Part shown: in pieces, positions 18,412-27,295 of the stretch | Layout: each line of letters begins with the position of its first letter | How positions within the stretch are numbered: the first letter of the stretch is position 1 | IMG/VR virus record: IMGVR_UViG_3300021387_000106 | Coordinates: 32,001 to 96,000 of that record | Reading direction: 5' to 3' (one strand) | Length of the DNA: 64,000 nucleotides | From: a virus | Lineage: Duplodnaviria; Caudoviricetes | The notes under the pieces: generated by a model | The model's input: only the letters and a program-made list of their open reading frames with translations | Told to the model about the DNA's origin: nothing | The model's database searches: none | Position numbers and translations under genes: made by a program

Positions 18412-18972
18412 TTAGAACAAAGCAATCAAACGCTTGCGAACATCACGCAAAGTATCTAACGCATCCTTGGGCGACAGCTCATCAATAGGCAACGCTATGA
18501 TGTATCTGTAAATATCCGATATGCGCATAAACTGAGGAACTTGCTGCTGAATTTCTCGTTCTTCACGTTTCTTTTTCTTGCTCTCGATAATAGGAAGTGA
18601 TTCTTTCCATTCCTCTTTCATGGCGATTAGTTCTTCAAGAGACTTCTCGTAGAAATCTGAGGGCATTGGAATAATCACGTCAACACGATTGTCATCAACT
18701 GGCAGGAACGTTACGCTACCATCATTGGGGATATACTTCTCAATTGACTTTGCAGGGAATCCCACAAATGCGTCAATTGTTTCATCTTTCATTTTCTTGG
18801 CGATAACCTTCAAAGGATTATTAACCGACTCACCAAATGGATATTTGCTCATTAACCATGCGCTCCAGTCGTGAGCGTGATAGAAGTTACCTTCCTTAAC
18901 GAAGTGAATAATGTTCCACTGAGATTGTTCCTGCCTGGAACTCTCCAAATTTATGATTTCAGATAAATTCAT
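18412..18972 (-). CDS. DGR accessory protein, MutS-N-like (MSL)
   Basis: IHFVKEGNFYHAHDWSAWLM...VGFPAKSIEKY resembles MutS domain I (GDFYE...A...GFPxxxLxxY); occupies the avd position. Confidence 0.75.
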   Translation of the reverse strand: MNLSEIINLESSRQEQSQWNIIHFVKEGNFYHAHDWSAWLMSKYPFGESVNNPLKVIAKKMKDETIDAFVGFPAKSIEKYIPNDGSVTFLPVDDNRVDVIIPMPSDFYEKSLEELIAMKEEWKESLPIIESKKKKREEREIQQQVPQFMRISDIYRYIIALPIDELSPKDALDTLRDVRKRLIALF

Positions 18973-19017
18973 CCTTATCTTTGTTTTTATTATTTTTATT
19001 TTATTTATTAACCAATT

Positions 19018-19076
19018 CCATTACGGAGGTGGTCTTAGGCCGCTTGGTGCGGCCTTTGTCCGACCACTCCGAATGG
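19018..19076. promoter_or_regulatory. Hairpin or cruciform 3' of VR (likely DGR target-recognition element)
   Basis: CCATT..CGGA.GTGGTC..AGGCCGC-TTGGT-GCGGCCT..GACCAC.TCCG.AATGG. Confidence 0.7.
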
Positions 19077-19109
19077 ATTGGGTTGTTGTTCTGATTGGCT
19101 CAGTATGAT

Positions 19110-20213
19110 TTACTGAACCGGGCGCACAGCAAAACCGTCGTACCGACGGTCGTAGTACTGCGGATTGACACCACCAGAGTAGAAGACCAAGTTGCGAGCA
19201 TTGCGCGCAGAGTAGAACGAAGCAGACCAGTAGACGCCGTACGAACCGCGACTGCCCCAACTCGTACCATTGCCGTAGCCACTACAAGCAAAAAAGAGTA
19301 AGTTACCATTAATCTTCGACTTCAAGTAGATACCAACAACACCATTCACGGTTACACGCTTGTCAGTAGTACCAGCAGCGATTACCGTAGTGCCATCAGC
19401 CTGAACGAAGTCGCAATTATCGAACAACTCTTTAAATTCTTCCGTAGTAGGCATTCGCCAAGGTGCGCCAAGATTAGCGCGTGCAGCATCCTGAGAGGGA
19501 GCCATGTTAGCGGTCAACTTGTTACCTGGTGTGTCACCATAAACTTGTCCGTCATACCAAGGCTCTTCTGCATTAACACCACCCCAATTGTAATCGAATG
19601 AAGAGGTATCTTTCGGATTGTGTCCGTCAGTGTTACCCCAAGAGAAGAATGTTTTCTCGTACTGGAAGGCACTGGCAGCGAACTTGTCAGCCTGAGTGAG
19701 GTCAATATCAGAATCAGCCCAAAGCAAGCCACTTGGCAGACCCATATCTACAAGGTGGTTAGTTGGAGTTTGGCTCTGTTCGAGACCCAACATTCCTACC
19801 ATATTCCAAGCAGAACCATCATACTGGAATTGTACGATAGTCTGAGCCTTGATAAGACCAGGCTGAACAGCTTGACCGTTTACCTTAATGGATTTTGCGC
19901 CAGTGCTATTCACGTTAAGCGTTGCTCCTGCTGCCTGATTAGCATACTTGAAGAATACGCTCACGATACCATTCTTTAGCAGAACGAAGTTGGAAATAGC
20001 GACAGTCTTTGCAATCGTTGTTGCGGCTGTTTCGCAATTACCATATCCGTTACCAGACTTCGCCATATCCTGAACCAACTGCTGTGCAGGGTATTTACCC
20101 GCAGGAGTTCCGTCAGGATTGTACAGCATGACCTCCTGAGTTGCACCAGGTGCAGCCTGAGTGAGACCCGATTGAACCGCTTTCAAAGCGTTAATCATAG
20201 AAATACTTTCCAT
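19110..20213 (-). CDS. DGR target: tail-fibre or receptor-binding protein with a C-terminal CLec-type domain
   Basis: Fibre module ATLNVNSTGAK...YDGSAW; VDMGLPSGLLWA, WRMPTTEEFKEL and YWSAS...GFAVRPV; VR at the C-terminus. Confidence 0.9.
   Translation of the reverse strand: MESISMINALKAVQSGLTQAAPGATQEVMLYNPDGTPAGKYPAQQLVQDMAKSGNGYGNCETAATTIAKTVAISNFVLLKNGIVSVFFKYANQAAGATLNVNSTGAKSIKVNGQAVQPGLIKAQTIVQFQYDGSAWNMVGMLGLEQSQTPTNHLVDMGLPSGLLWADSDIDLTQADKFAASAFQYEKTFFSWGNTDGHNPKDTSSFDYNWGGVNAEEPWYDGQVYGDTPGNKLTANMAPSQDAARANLGAPWRMPTTEEFKELFDNCDFVQADGTTVIAAGTTDKRVTVNGVVGIYLKSKINGNLLFFACSGYGNGTSWGSRGSYGVYWSASFYSARNARNLVFYSGGVNPQYYDRRYDGFAVRPVQ
19113..19299 (-). repeat. DGR variable repeat (VR)
   Basis: 13 of the 17 TR Asn codons are changed (6 Y, 2 V, 2 D, G, S, R). 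Confidence 0.96.
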
Positions 20214-20252
20214 AAATACTTATTTTTAATTAATAAAAAAACAATTTCCTTT

Positions 20253-20777
20253 TTAACCCTGAGTGACAACGTTCTTTGGCATCAGTTTGACTAATGCTTT
20301 AAACATATCATCTACGGTATAGTTGACACCATTGAAGGCGTAAGTATCAGTGGGCTTAACGGCATTAGTGGCATTGCTACGTATTGTAGCAAGGTCATTA
20401 ATAGCATCCTGCTTTGCAGAGAGAGCAGTATTAATGCTATTAACCCAATACTCAATAGATGCGTCCGTAAATATCTCCCAATCGGTATTAGCTGCACCAT
20501 TTGACACTACAAACGCTATCTTTCCGTTTACGGTATGGTAAACGAAAGCACCACTCACAATCACCATCGTACACGGCAGATTACTCGTTGCCTTTGTAGA
20601 GCGATACAACACACCGTTAATACCTACGACAGCGTTCTTGACAAACGTACTCGACGGTGTAAGCGAGTTGACATTTACAGGGTGCAGCATTTCATCAGAG
20701 AGTAAACTTTCCTTAAATTCAAGAAGTTCGCGCGCTCTGATAATTCTATTTGGGTTTGTAAGTTCAATTTCTGCCAT
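20253..20777 (-). CDS. Tail-fibre-associated protein
   Basis: N-terminus paralogous to 20868..21539; position in the fibre cluster. Confidence 0.65.
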   Translation of the reverse strand: MAEIELTNPNRIIRARELLEFKESLLSDEMLHPVNVNSLTPSSTFVKNAVVGINGVLYRSTKATSNLPCTMVIVSGAFVYHTVNGKIAFVVSNGAANTDWEIFTDASIEYWVNSINTALSAKQDAINDLATIRSNATNAVKPTDTYAFNGVNYTVDDMFKALVKLMPKNVVTQG

Positions 20778-20867
20778 AATCTCTTACTTTCTTTTAATTG
20801 TTCAACATAATCAGTTTCTTGTGTAAGGTGCGAGGGATATTGCACCCTCACACCTTAGAGAAAAAGA

Positions 20868-21539
20868 TTAATCAGAGGGGAACATTTCGGCAATGTCCTC
20901 AGAGGTGGCATAAATCACACCATCCAGCTTCTCTTTGTCAGCAGCAGAAAGCAGACCTGCCTGACCGCCAACGCCAGATGCGGAAGGAGTCGCGCTTTGC
21001 ACGGTCTTCTTGTGCGGAGTGATGACACCCTGCGCGTTCTGGCTGATGCTGTCGATGAAGGTCAGACCGCTACCATCGGCTGAAGGATCAGAAACGGCAC
21101 TCTGAACGGTCTTGTAGCCACTCAGGTCAATCTTAACCGAGTAAGCGTTGAACTTGTAAACGGTAGTACCATCGTTGTCAACGGCAACGATACCAACGTC
21201 AGTACCAGCCTTAACCGTCTCACCTGCACCATCTACCCAATCAGAAGTAGTGGTAGCATCGGTAGTCAGGTTGTAAACCTTACCGAGGTTAGCTTCAACA
21301 AGCAGAGCCGAAGTCAGCTCATCAGCAGTCTTGTTACCACCGGGCTTGTAAACAGCCGAAATCTCAGTACCAATCTTAGTGAGCAACTCTGCGAGAGCAC
21401 CCTCTACGGTTGATGCGTTAAGACCCTGAATTGTTGCAATAGCCTTGCTCTGGAGAATAGCCTCCAAGTAGCCTTTGAACTCCAAGAGTTCGTTCGCGCG
21501 AATAATGCGCTGCGGATTTGTCAGATTAATGTCTGCCAT
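20868..21539 (-). CDS. Tail-fibre-associated protein
   Basis: AGLLSAADKEKLDG fibre motif. Confidence 0.7.
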   Translation of the reverse strand: MADINLTNPQRIIRANELLEFKGYLEAILQSKAIATIQGLNASTVEGALAELLTKIGTEISAVYKPGGNKTADELTSALLVEANLGKVYNLTTDATTTSDWVDGAGETVKAGTDVGIVAVDNDGTTVYKFNAYSVKIDLSGYKTVQSAVSDPSADGSGLTFIDSISQNAQGVITPHKKTVQSATPSASGVGGQAGLLSAADKEKLDGVIYATSEDIAEMFPSD

Positions 21540-21604
21540 AATACCTAAGTTTTTTAATTTAACAATAAAGTGAACTATACTGAGTGTGTATTGCTACACG
21601 TTAC

Positions 21605-21853
21605 TCATTCTGTTTTAGGAAACATTTCCTGAATGTCCGATGACGAAGCAAAGGTGTCAGGATTCATGTCATCGATTTCGATAGTACCATCCTTGATAGC
21701 ATCAGAATCAATGCTATCATGTGCAGGTATTCCGCCATTGGGGAACTCGAAAATCTTACCCCAAATTTCGAGGCTCAAAAGATGGAGTTTTCCATCCCTT
21801 TCCTCAAAGTGGTATTTTACACCACCATTGATGTAGATTTTTTCTTTAGCCAT
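21605..21853 (-). CDS. Small structural protein
   Basis: SIDSDAIKDGTI; C-terminus similar to that of 20868..21539. Confidence 0.6.
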   Translation of the reverse strand: MAKEKIYINGGVKYHFEERDGKLHLLSLEIWGKIFEFPNGGIPAHDSIDSDAIKDGTIEIDDMNPDTFASSSDIQEMFPKTE

Positions 21854-21882
21854 AATTTTTATTTTTTTATTGTTCTACAATT

Positions 21883-24800
21883 TTAGTTTACAGGTTCAGC
21901 ATAATCAATAACCTTCCAATAGATAATTTCCTTTCCATCGTTATCATCTGCTTTCAAACAACACTCCAATTCAACACAATTTCCGTTATGTAGTGTTCCG
22001 CTTGTAGTTGACCCATCAGAATTGTATCTTAGTGTCATTGGTATGTTTTGACCAGATTTGTTGTATATCAACAAGGTCGTTCCAACAAAGGAACGAATAT
22101 CATCAATTTGCTTTGAAGTATATCTTGAAGCCAAATATGCTGACATTAGCGGCAAAGTCAAATATCCATAAGTACCAGTAGAAAGTTCGATGAAACTACC
22201 ACATTTATCAAAATCCAATACGGTAGCACCGGCTATATCGTCACGTTTGTACTGGCTGATATTTGATGTGGTGATAATGGTCTTTTTCTTGCGAATGAAA
22301 CCATTGATAAAACAATCTTTCTGATACGATCTTCCCGTCAGCAGGTCAACTGCAAAGTTTGGTGCAAAACCAAATTCAGTAGCCACTATATTCGACACCT
22401 TGCTACTTCCATTTTCAGAACTACTTGACGTTGTATGTTCAACTCTCAGATAGTAAGTGCCACTCTCCATAACCGTGAAAGTGAGAGTTTTTTCAGTTTC
22501 AGTAAAAGAATCCCATACCAATGAAGCAGCGAATATGTATTCCCATACTCCAGTTGTTGCATTTACCTTGAGCTGATAGAGTTTTAAGTAAACCTTATTA
22601 GTCGAATAGTCGTTGCGATAACCCTTCGCTTTAATAACCAAGTCACGACCCTGCGTAAGTGTCATGCTACCAAAATATCCAGAATCAGCAACATTGTATG
22701 CAAGTGTCTTCGTTACGTCATTAACCTTTATGATTCCGTTTCCCAATGGGTCATTACCATTGAAAGCCATATAAGCAGCAACACCTCCATGAGTGTTACT
22801 ATCATTATAAACCGTTCCGTTAATCGTACCTTTTGCAGAGAAAAGCCAATCTCCGCTAACCACACCTGAACCTAACTTTGCAAAATCAGCAAATAGATAC
22901 TTCGTGCGAAGAAGGTTATAGCGATTCAGCCCTTCCTCCCAATAATCAGTGTCAGAGGGACCGTGATGCACACCGTCGCCATCAACATTAGTGGAAGTCT
23001 TTAGAACATATAGTTTGGTTTCGGTAGAACCTGCAACTGGAACTTCAACAGCAACGGTCTGGGTGTCGTTACTACGATAGATAAATGCCGGATCATATTC
23101 TCCTGCTATATAGCACATCTTTCCAGTATCACCCTTGATACTTTGTCCGTTTATACCATATATTTCTATCTGAATACTCTCACGGGCAACCTCAACACCA
23201 CCGACTCGTAATACAGCAAGGAAGATTTCTTCTTCACTCCACCCTTGATTGTTATACAGCGTAGTAGAGAATGTTCCTGCATTTGAACCAGTTCCAACAC
23301 TAAATTCTCCAGTATTGAAGTTATATACGTCACCATCCTTTTCAATATAGTACAAATCAAGCATGGATGAAGTAAGAGAGGTAAAAACAGTTGTATTACC
23401 GCCCTCTACCTTATATACTTTCCCCTTGATGTTGACGTGCATCTTACCGCCTGAGTAGTTTGGATCGTTGGCAAACACGCTTCCTGCAAGGGAAATTTTA
23501 TAGGTTACAGCATCGTCACCTTTCGCACCATCGTGAGTATGGCTAATGCAAGTACCAGTTATAGAACTTGCGCTAACACTCGTACATTTATATGTTGCAG
23601 TATGCGTAAGCAAAGAATCACTTGCTTTACCAGTAACTACAAAATAATCACCGACACGACACGTAGTTAGGTCGCTATCTCCAGTACGTTTTGAATAACT
23701 CTCAGAATGACCTAATTCAGCATAAGTATTCCAGTTTGCTTCTGTGTATAGATTGTTTCGAGTCAAAGTTAATGCAATGCTATAACCAATATCGCCAGTA
23801 GCACCATTCTGTACACTACCTATTCCTTCTCTATCAAGCAAATTACCATCCTTGCGTAACACCCAATCTATCACACCATCGTAATTGCTATAAAGAGTGA
23901 TTATGTCGTGATAATTGATTTCCGAATCTGCATTACCCATATACGACTGAGTAACTTCCTGCTCAGAGTTGTTTCCTTTTTTATAGAACAATTTAAGTCC
24001 TTCTGTAAAGAATCCCAAAACAGTATTTATCTCAGTTTCGGTATTTCCGACTCGCTTAATAACTTTAAAAGTTATATAGTCTGATAGAGGTGTTCCACTA
24101 TTATCCTTTGTTACTACGTCTGTTGATGGTAATAAACTATACAATGTTACTGGATCACCATTTGCTCCTGCACGTACTCCGTTTAGGATGAAGTGTAATG
24201 TTTGGTCGCCACTGCCAGTACCAGCGATAATGATTGTAATATCGTTGGTTTCTGCAAGAGACTTGTTGTTTTCTACACGAATCCGAATTGTCTTTGCACT
24301 CGAATTAGGAGTAACCTTAATGTTGTTGATTGTTTGTTCGGTGGTTTGTTCAGTGCCATTATTGACCTTGTATGACAACTTTGTTAAGTCCATTGGCGAA
24401 GAGCCGTGCCACAACTTTAGATTGATAGTCTTGTCATAAGCACTCGAAGTGTTTCCGTCATGCGTACACGCAACACTATCTATTTCGTTATCCAAGTCGG
24501 CAAAGTAAGGACTCGTACCATCAGTACCATCAGTAATAAGACCGATAGTTTCCCTATCTACGACAACATTATTAACACGAAGGATAAAAACAACATTACT
24601 CGTAACCTGATTAACCTTAATACTTGTTGCCGTGTAATCAGTTTCACTACCACCATTAAGGCTGTATTTCAGAGAATACTCAGAAGCAGCAGGAGTACTT
24701 TGCGTACCACCAACATTCTTCGTTACGTCACAAGTAATATAAGTGTTGCCAGTAGGAACGTAGGTATTATCTTTCTTCTTTACGATTTCCTTAATACTTG

Positions 24801-25806
24801 GTACTAAGCGATACAAAGCGGCATGGTCGCCATTGAGGGAAGCACGTACACCATTGACCTTGAAATAAAGGTTACGAGTAATTGTCTCACCATCAACAGT
24901 AGCAGTAAGCGTAATACAGAACGTGGTGACATTTGCTAAAGTTGGAGTAGTCGAGAACTTAACCTTAATATTACCAGTAGTATTATTCCAAGTAATCGTT
25001 ATTCCACCTTTGGCAGTTCCATTGGTATATGCAGCACCAGACGGACTATCATCACGAACTGATATAGTTGGTGTTAGCTTAGTAGAACCATGATAGAGAG
25101 AAACATTTGTTTCAACAGTTTGGTCACTCGAAGGTTTTCCGTCATGCGTACACGCAACACTATCTATTTCGTTATCCAAGTCGGCAAAGTAAGGAGAAAT
25201 GCCATCCTCCAAGAGCTTCGTTGCAGGGTCGCTCCACTCCGACGCATTGATAACGTCAGTATTGCCGTTGCTGACAGCCATTGCCTGACGTACCCAACAA
25301 GGATAATGATTATTGTCAGTAGCAGGAATTTGCGTACTCCAACCATTCAAAGTGCCTGAAAGCGTACCAGCCTCAGTACTACCTACTTTCTTGAAATAAT
25401 AGGTAGCACCATCGGCAGGCTTATCAGTCGGCTGCGTCTTATTGCGCTTGTAGATGAATACTGGAGCAGAATTTACACCGTCAGCAACATACTCCACTGG
25501 AGTACTCCAATCAGATGCAGCAATATCATCAGTGTCAGACTGACTACGAGCAATAGCCATGATAACATACAACTTTGTTCCTGCAACCGTCTCAGGGATA
25601 GACTGACTCCAACCATTATAATAAGACGACGCACCCGAAACCCTACCAGTACTGAAAGTATATGTTAGAGTACCAGTAGGGCGGTCATTATTTGTCAAAG
25701 CAGTAGCCGAACGACGATAAAGGGCAACTTGGGCTGTGTTATAACCGTTATCGCCATTATTACCGTCGATAACACCTTCAAATACAATGCCTCCTGATGC
25801 TTTCAT
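21883..25806 (-). CDS. Long modular tail fibre or spike protein (1307 aa)
   Basis: Thr/Ser/Gly-rich beta modules linked by DGxDG segments; internal duplications. Confidence 0.8.
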   Translation of the reverse strand: MKASGGIVFEGVIDGNNGDNGYNTAQVALYRRSATALTNNDRPTGTLTYTFSTGRVSGASSYYNGWSQSIPETVAGTKLYVIMAIARSQSDTDDIAASDWSTPVEYVADGVNSAPVFIYKRNKTQPTDKPADGATYYFKKVGSTEAGTLSGTLNGWSTQIPATDNNHYPCWVRQAMAVSNGNTDVINASEWSDPATKLLEDGISPYFADLDNEIDSVACTHDGKPSSDQTVETNVSLYHGSTKLTPTISVRDDSPSGAAYTNGTAKGGITITWNNTTGNIKVKFSTTPTLANVTTFCITLTATVDGETITRNLYFKVNGVRASLNGDHAALYRLVPSIKEIVKKKDNTYVPTGNTYITCDVTKNVGGTQSTPAASEYSLKYSLNGGSETDYTATSIKVNQVTSNVVFILRVNNVVVDRETIGLITDGTDGTSPYFADLDNEIDSVACTHDGNTSSAYDKTINLKLWHGSSPMDLTKLSYKVNNGTEQTTEQTINNIKVTPNSSAKTIRIRVENNKSLAETNDITIIIAGTGSGDQTLHFILNGVRAGANGDPVTLYSLLPSTDVVTKDNSGTPLSDYITFKVIKRVGNTETEINTVLGFFTEGLKLFYKKGNNSEQEVTQSYMGNADSEINYHDIITLYSNYDGVIDWVLRKDGNLLDREGIGSVQNGATGDIGYSIALTLTRNNLYTEANWNTYAELGHSESYSKRTGDSDLTTCRVGDYFVVTGKASDSLLTHTATYKCTSVSASSITGTCISHTHDGAKGDDAVTYKISLAGSVFANDPNYSGGKMHVNIKGKVYKVEGGNTTVFTSLTSSMLDLYYIEKDGDVYNFNTGEFSVGTGSNAGTFSTTLYNNQGWSEEEIFLAVLRVGGVEVARESIQIEIYGINGQSIKGDTGKMCYIAGEYDPAFIYRSNDTQTVAVEVPVAGSTETKLYVLKTSTNVDGDGVHHGPSDTDYWEEGLNRYNLLRTKYLFADFAKLGSGVVSGDWLFSAKGTINGTVYNDSNTHGGVAAYMAFNGNDPLGNGIIKVNDVTKTLAYNVADSGYFGSMTLTQGRDLVIKAKGYRNDYSTNKVYLKLYQLKVNATTGVWEYIFAASLVWDSFTETEKTLTFTVMESGTYYLRVEHTTSSSSENGSSKVSNIVATEFGFAPNFAVDLLTGRSYQKDCFINGFIRKKKTIITTSNISQYKRDDIAGATVLDFDKCGSFIELSTGTYGYLTLPLMSAYLASRYTSKQIDDIRSFVGTTLLIYNKSGQNIPMTLRYNSDGSTTSGTLHNGNCVELECCLKADDNDGKEIIYWKVIDYAEPVN
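24452..25195. repeat. Perfect 60-bp direct repeat inside the fibre gene (24452-24511 and 25136-25195)
   Basis: tttccgtcatgcg...gcaaagtaagga is identical in both copies (encodes PYFADLDNEIDSVACTHDG). Confidence 0.92.
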
Positions 25807-25824
25807 GTATGTTTCTTTAATTGA

Positions 25825-27090
25825 TTAGAACTCTGATGATTGAGCGTGAATCTTAACAGGACGTTGTACCTTGTTGCCGTTCGCATCCGTCAGAATCACG
25901 TCCTGATAGCGGAGTGAGCAATAAGTCTGACCTGATGTAGAAGGAACACCAGGCAAATCGCTGATTGTCTCTCCAGTATTGGCATCGTCAGCATTGAACG
26001 TCCAAGTAACGTTTGCGGCACTACTGCCTTCGGGGAACGTGTCTCCCTTATCGGTGTAAAGTTTCGGGAAGATGTACTTCGTCTGTCCTGTCCTCATACG
26101 GAAATGAGGTTCAAGACCAGTCAGTTCAGTACCGCCAGTACCAGCGACATTATCACAGATAAGCCACTTTACAGCGTAAGGGTCTGACAAGTCATAAACG
26201 GCAGAAGTACCACTTGCGAGTTCATTGCCTGATGCGTCATAAACACGGCAACGAATCGTCATAAGACAATCTACTGCCTCAGGCCCGATTGTAATCAAGT
26301 CGCCTGCTACTGCACTCTGACCTATCGTAATACCAGGAGTACCGCCAGTTGCGCTATGGTCTTTCAGTTCAACTTCCGTCGGGCCTGTAATGTCGAAGAA
26401 CTTGAATACTACACCAGTCAGTTCAGACGTATTGACTGCAACACCATTGTAGTAGAGTCGAGCCAAACGCTGAGTTGACTGAATAGAATTGTTGTTGTTC
26501 GTCATTATGAACTTTGGAACATTCAACGGAACGTGAAGTTCAACTGAATATCCTGCATTTGCATCAGCAATAGGACGGATTGCAATATCCTTACCGATTT
26601 CAGAGAAACTAATTTGACCGCCACTGCTAACAACAGTACCATCAAAGGAAATGCGGTCATCATCAGGATTCAGAACAGCATCGGCAGGATTGCCAATGAA
26701 CATAATACAAGGAATATCAGTGCCACCATAGCTATATGTGGTACGCATCAACAAACCTTCAACACCGCCCTGACTCGTAGAAATACCAGTCTCGCCATCG
26801 AAACCAACAACAGCATCGTTATAGCGAACGGCAGTAATGTTGAGAGTGTTGGTAATATCCTGACCGCTACTTGTATCATAAGCACGGATGATGATTCGAG
26901 GTAGCGTAGCTTTCTCTTCTGCTGTACCATGCTGCCAAATGTTAGCCCAATCTGGAGTACATTTCGCTTCATCGTAATACTGAGTAAGCGATACTGGATT
27001 ACCACTGGCATCAACAACAGCAATGTCATAAACAACGGTAGTTCCGTCGATAACGCCTGACAATACCAGGCCTGCATTAACTCTATTCAT
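25825..27090 (-). CDS. Tail or baseplate structural protein
   Basis: 421-aa beta-rich protein in the tail block. Confidence 0.65.
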   Translation of the reverse strand: MNRVNAGLVLSGVIDGTTVVYDIAVVDASGNPVSLTQYYDEAKCTPDWANIWQHGTAEEKATLPRIIIRAYDTSSGQDITNTLNITAVRYNDAVVGFDGETGISTSQGGVEGLLMRTTYSYGGTDIPCIMFIGNPADAVLNPDDDRISFDGTVVSSGGQISFSEIGKDIAIRPIADANAGYSVELHVPLNVPKFIMTNNNNSIQSTQRLARLYYNGVAVNTSELTGVVFKFFDITGPTEVELKDHSATGGTPGITIGQSAVAGDLITIGPEAVDCLMTIRCRVYDASGNELASGTSAVYDLSDPYAVKWLICDNVAGTGGTELTGLEPHFRMRTGQTKYIFPKLYTDKGDTFPEGSSAANVTWTFNADDANTGETISDLPGVPSTSGQTYCSLRYQDVILTDANGNKVQRPVKIHAQSSEF

Positions 27091-27091
27091 A

Positions 27092-27277
27092 CTACTTTAC
27101 TCCTTTCGTGACTTTTGAGCGAAGTTCATTAAGAACTGCTGAGTTTGGTACTAAGGTAACTCCTTCAAGGGCTCCCATCGTTCTTGCCTCACGTCCGCTA
27201 ACGATAGCACGACCATCAGGCATTGTCTCATAATGTCGGTCTTTGGGTAATCGTGACCTTTCAATCAGTATATACAT
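27092..27277 (-). CDS. Small hypothetical protein
   Basis: Fills the gap in the operon. Confidence 0.6.
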   Translation of the reverse strand: MYILIERSRLPKDRHYETMPDGRAIVSGREARTMGALEGVTLVPNSAVLNELRSKVTKGVK

Positions 27278-27295
27278 ATCTCTTAATTTTTAGTT

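Larger units (their letters stand above)
16830..20213 (-). mobile_element. Diversity-generating retroelement cassette (target/VR, MutS-like accessory, TR, RT)
   Basis: RT, a TR/VR pair with adenine-only mismatches, an accessory gene and a hairpin downstream of VR. Confidence 0.95.

Noticed and set aside
24452-25195. Second TR/VR pair
   Set aside because: The copies are identical, not adenine-mismatched, and are unrelated to TR
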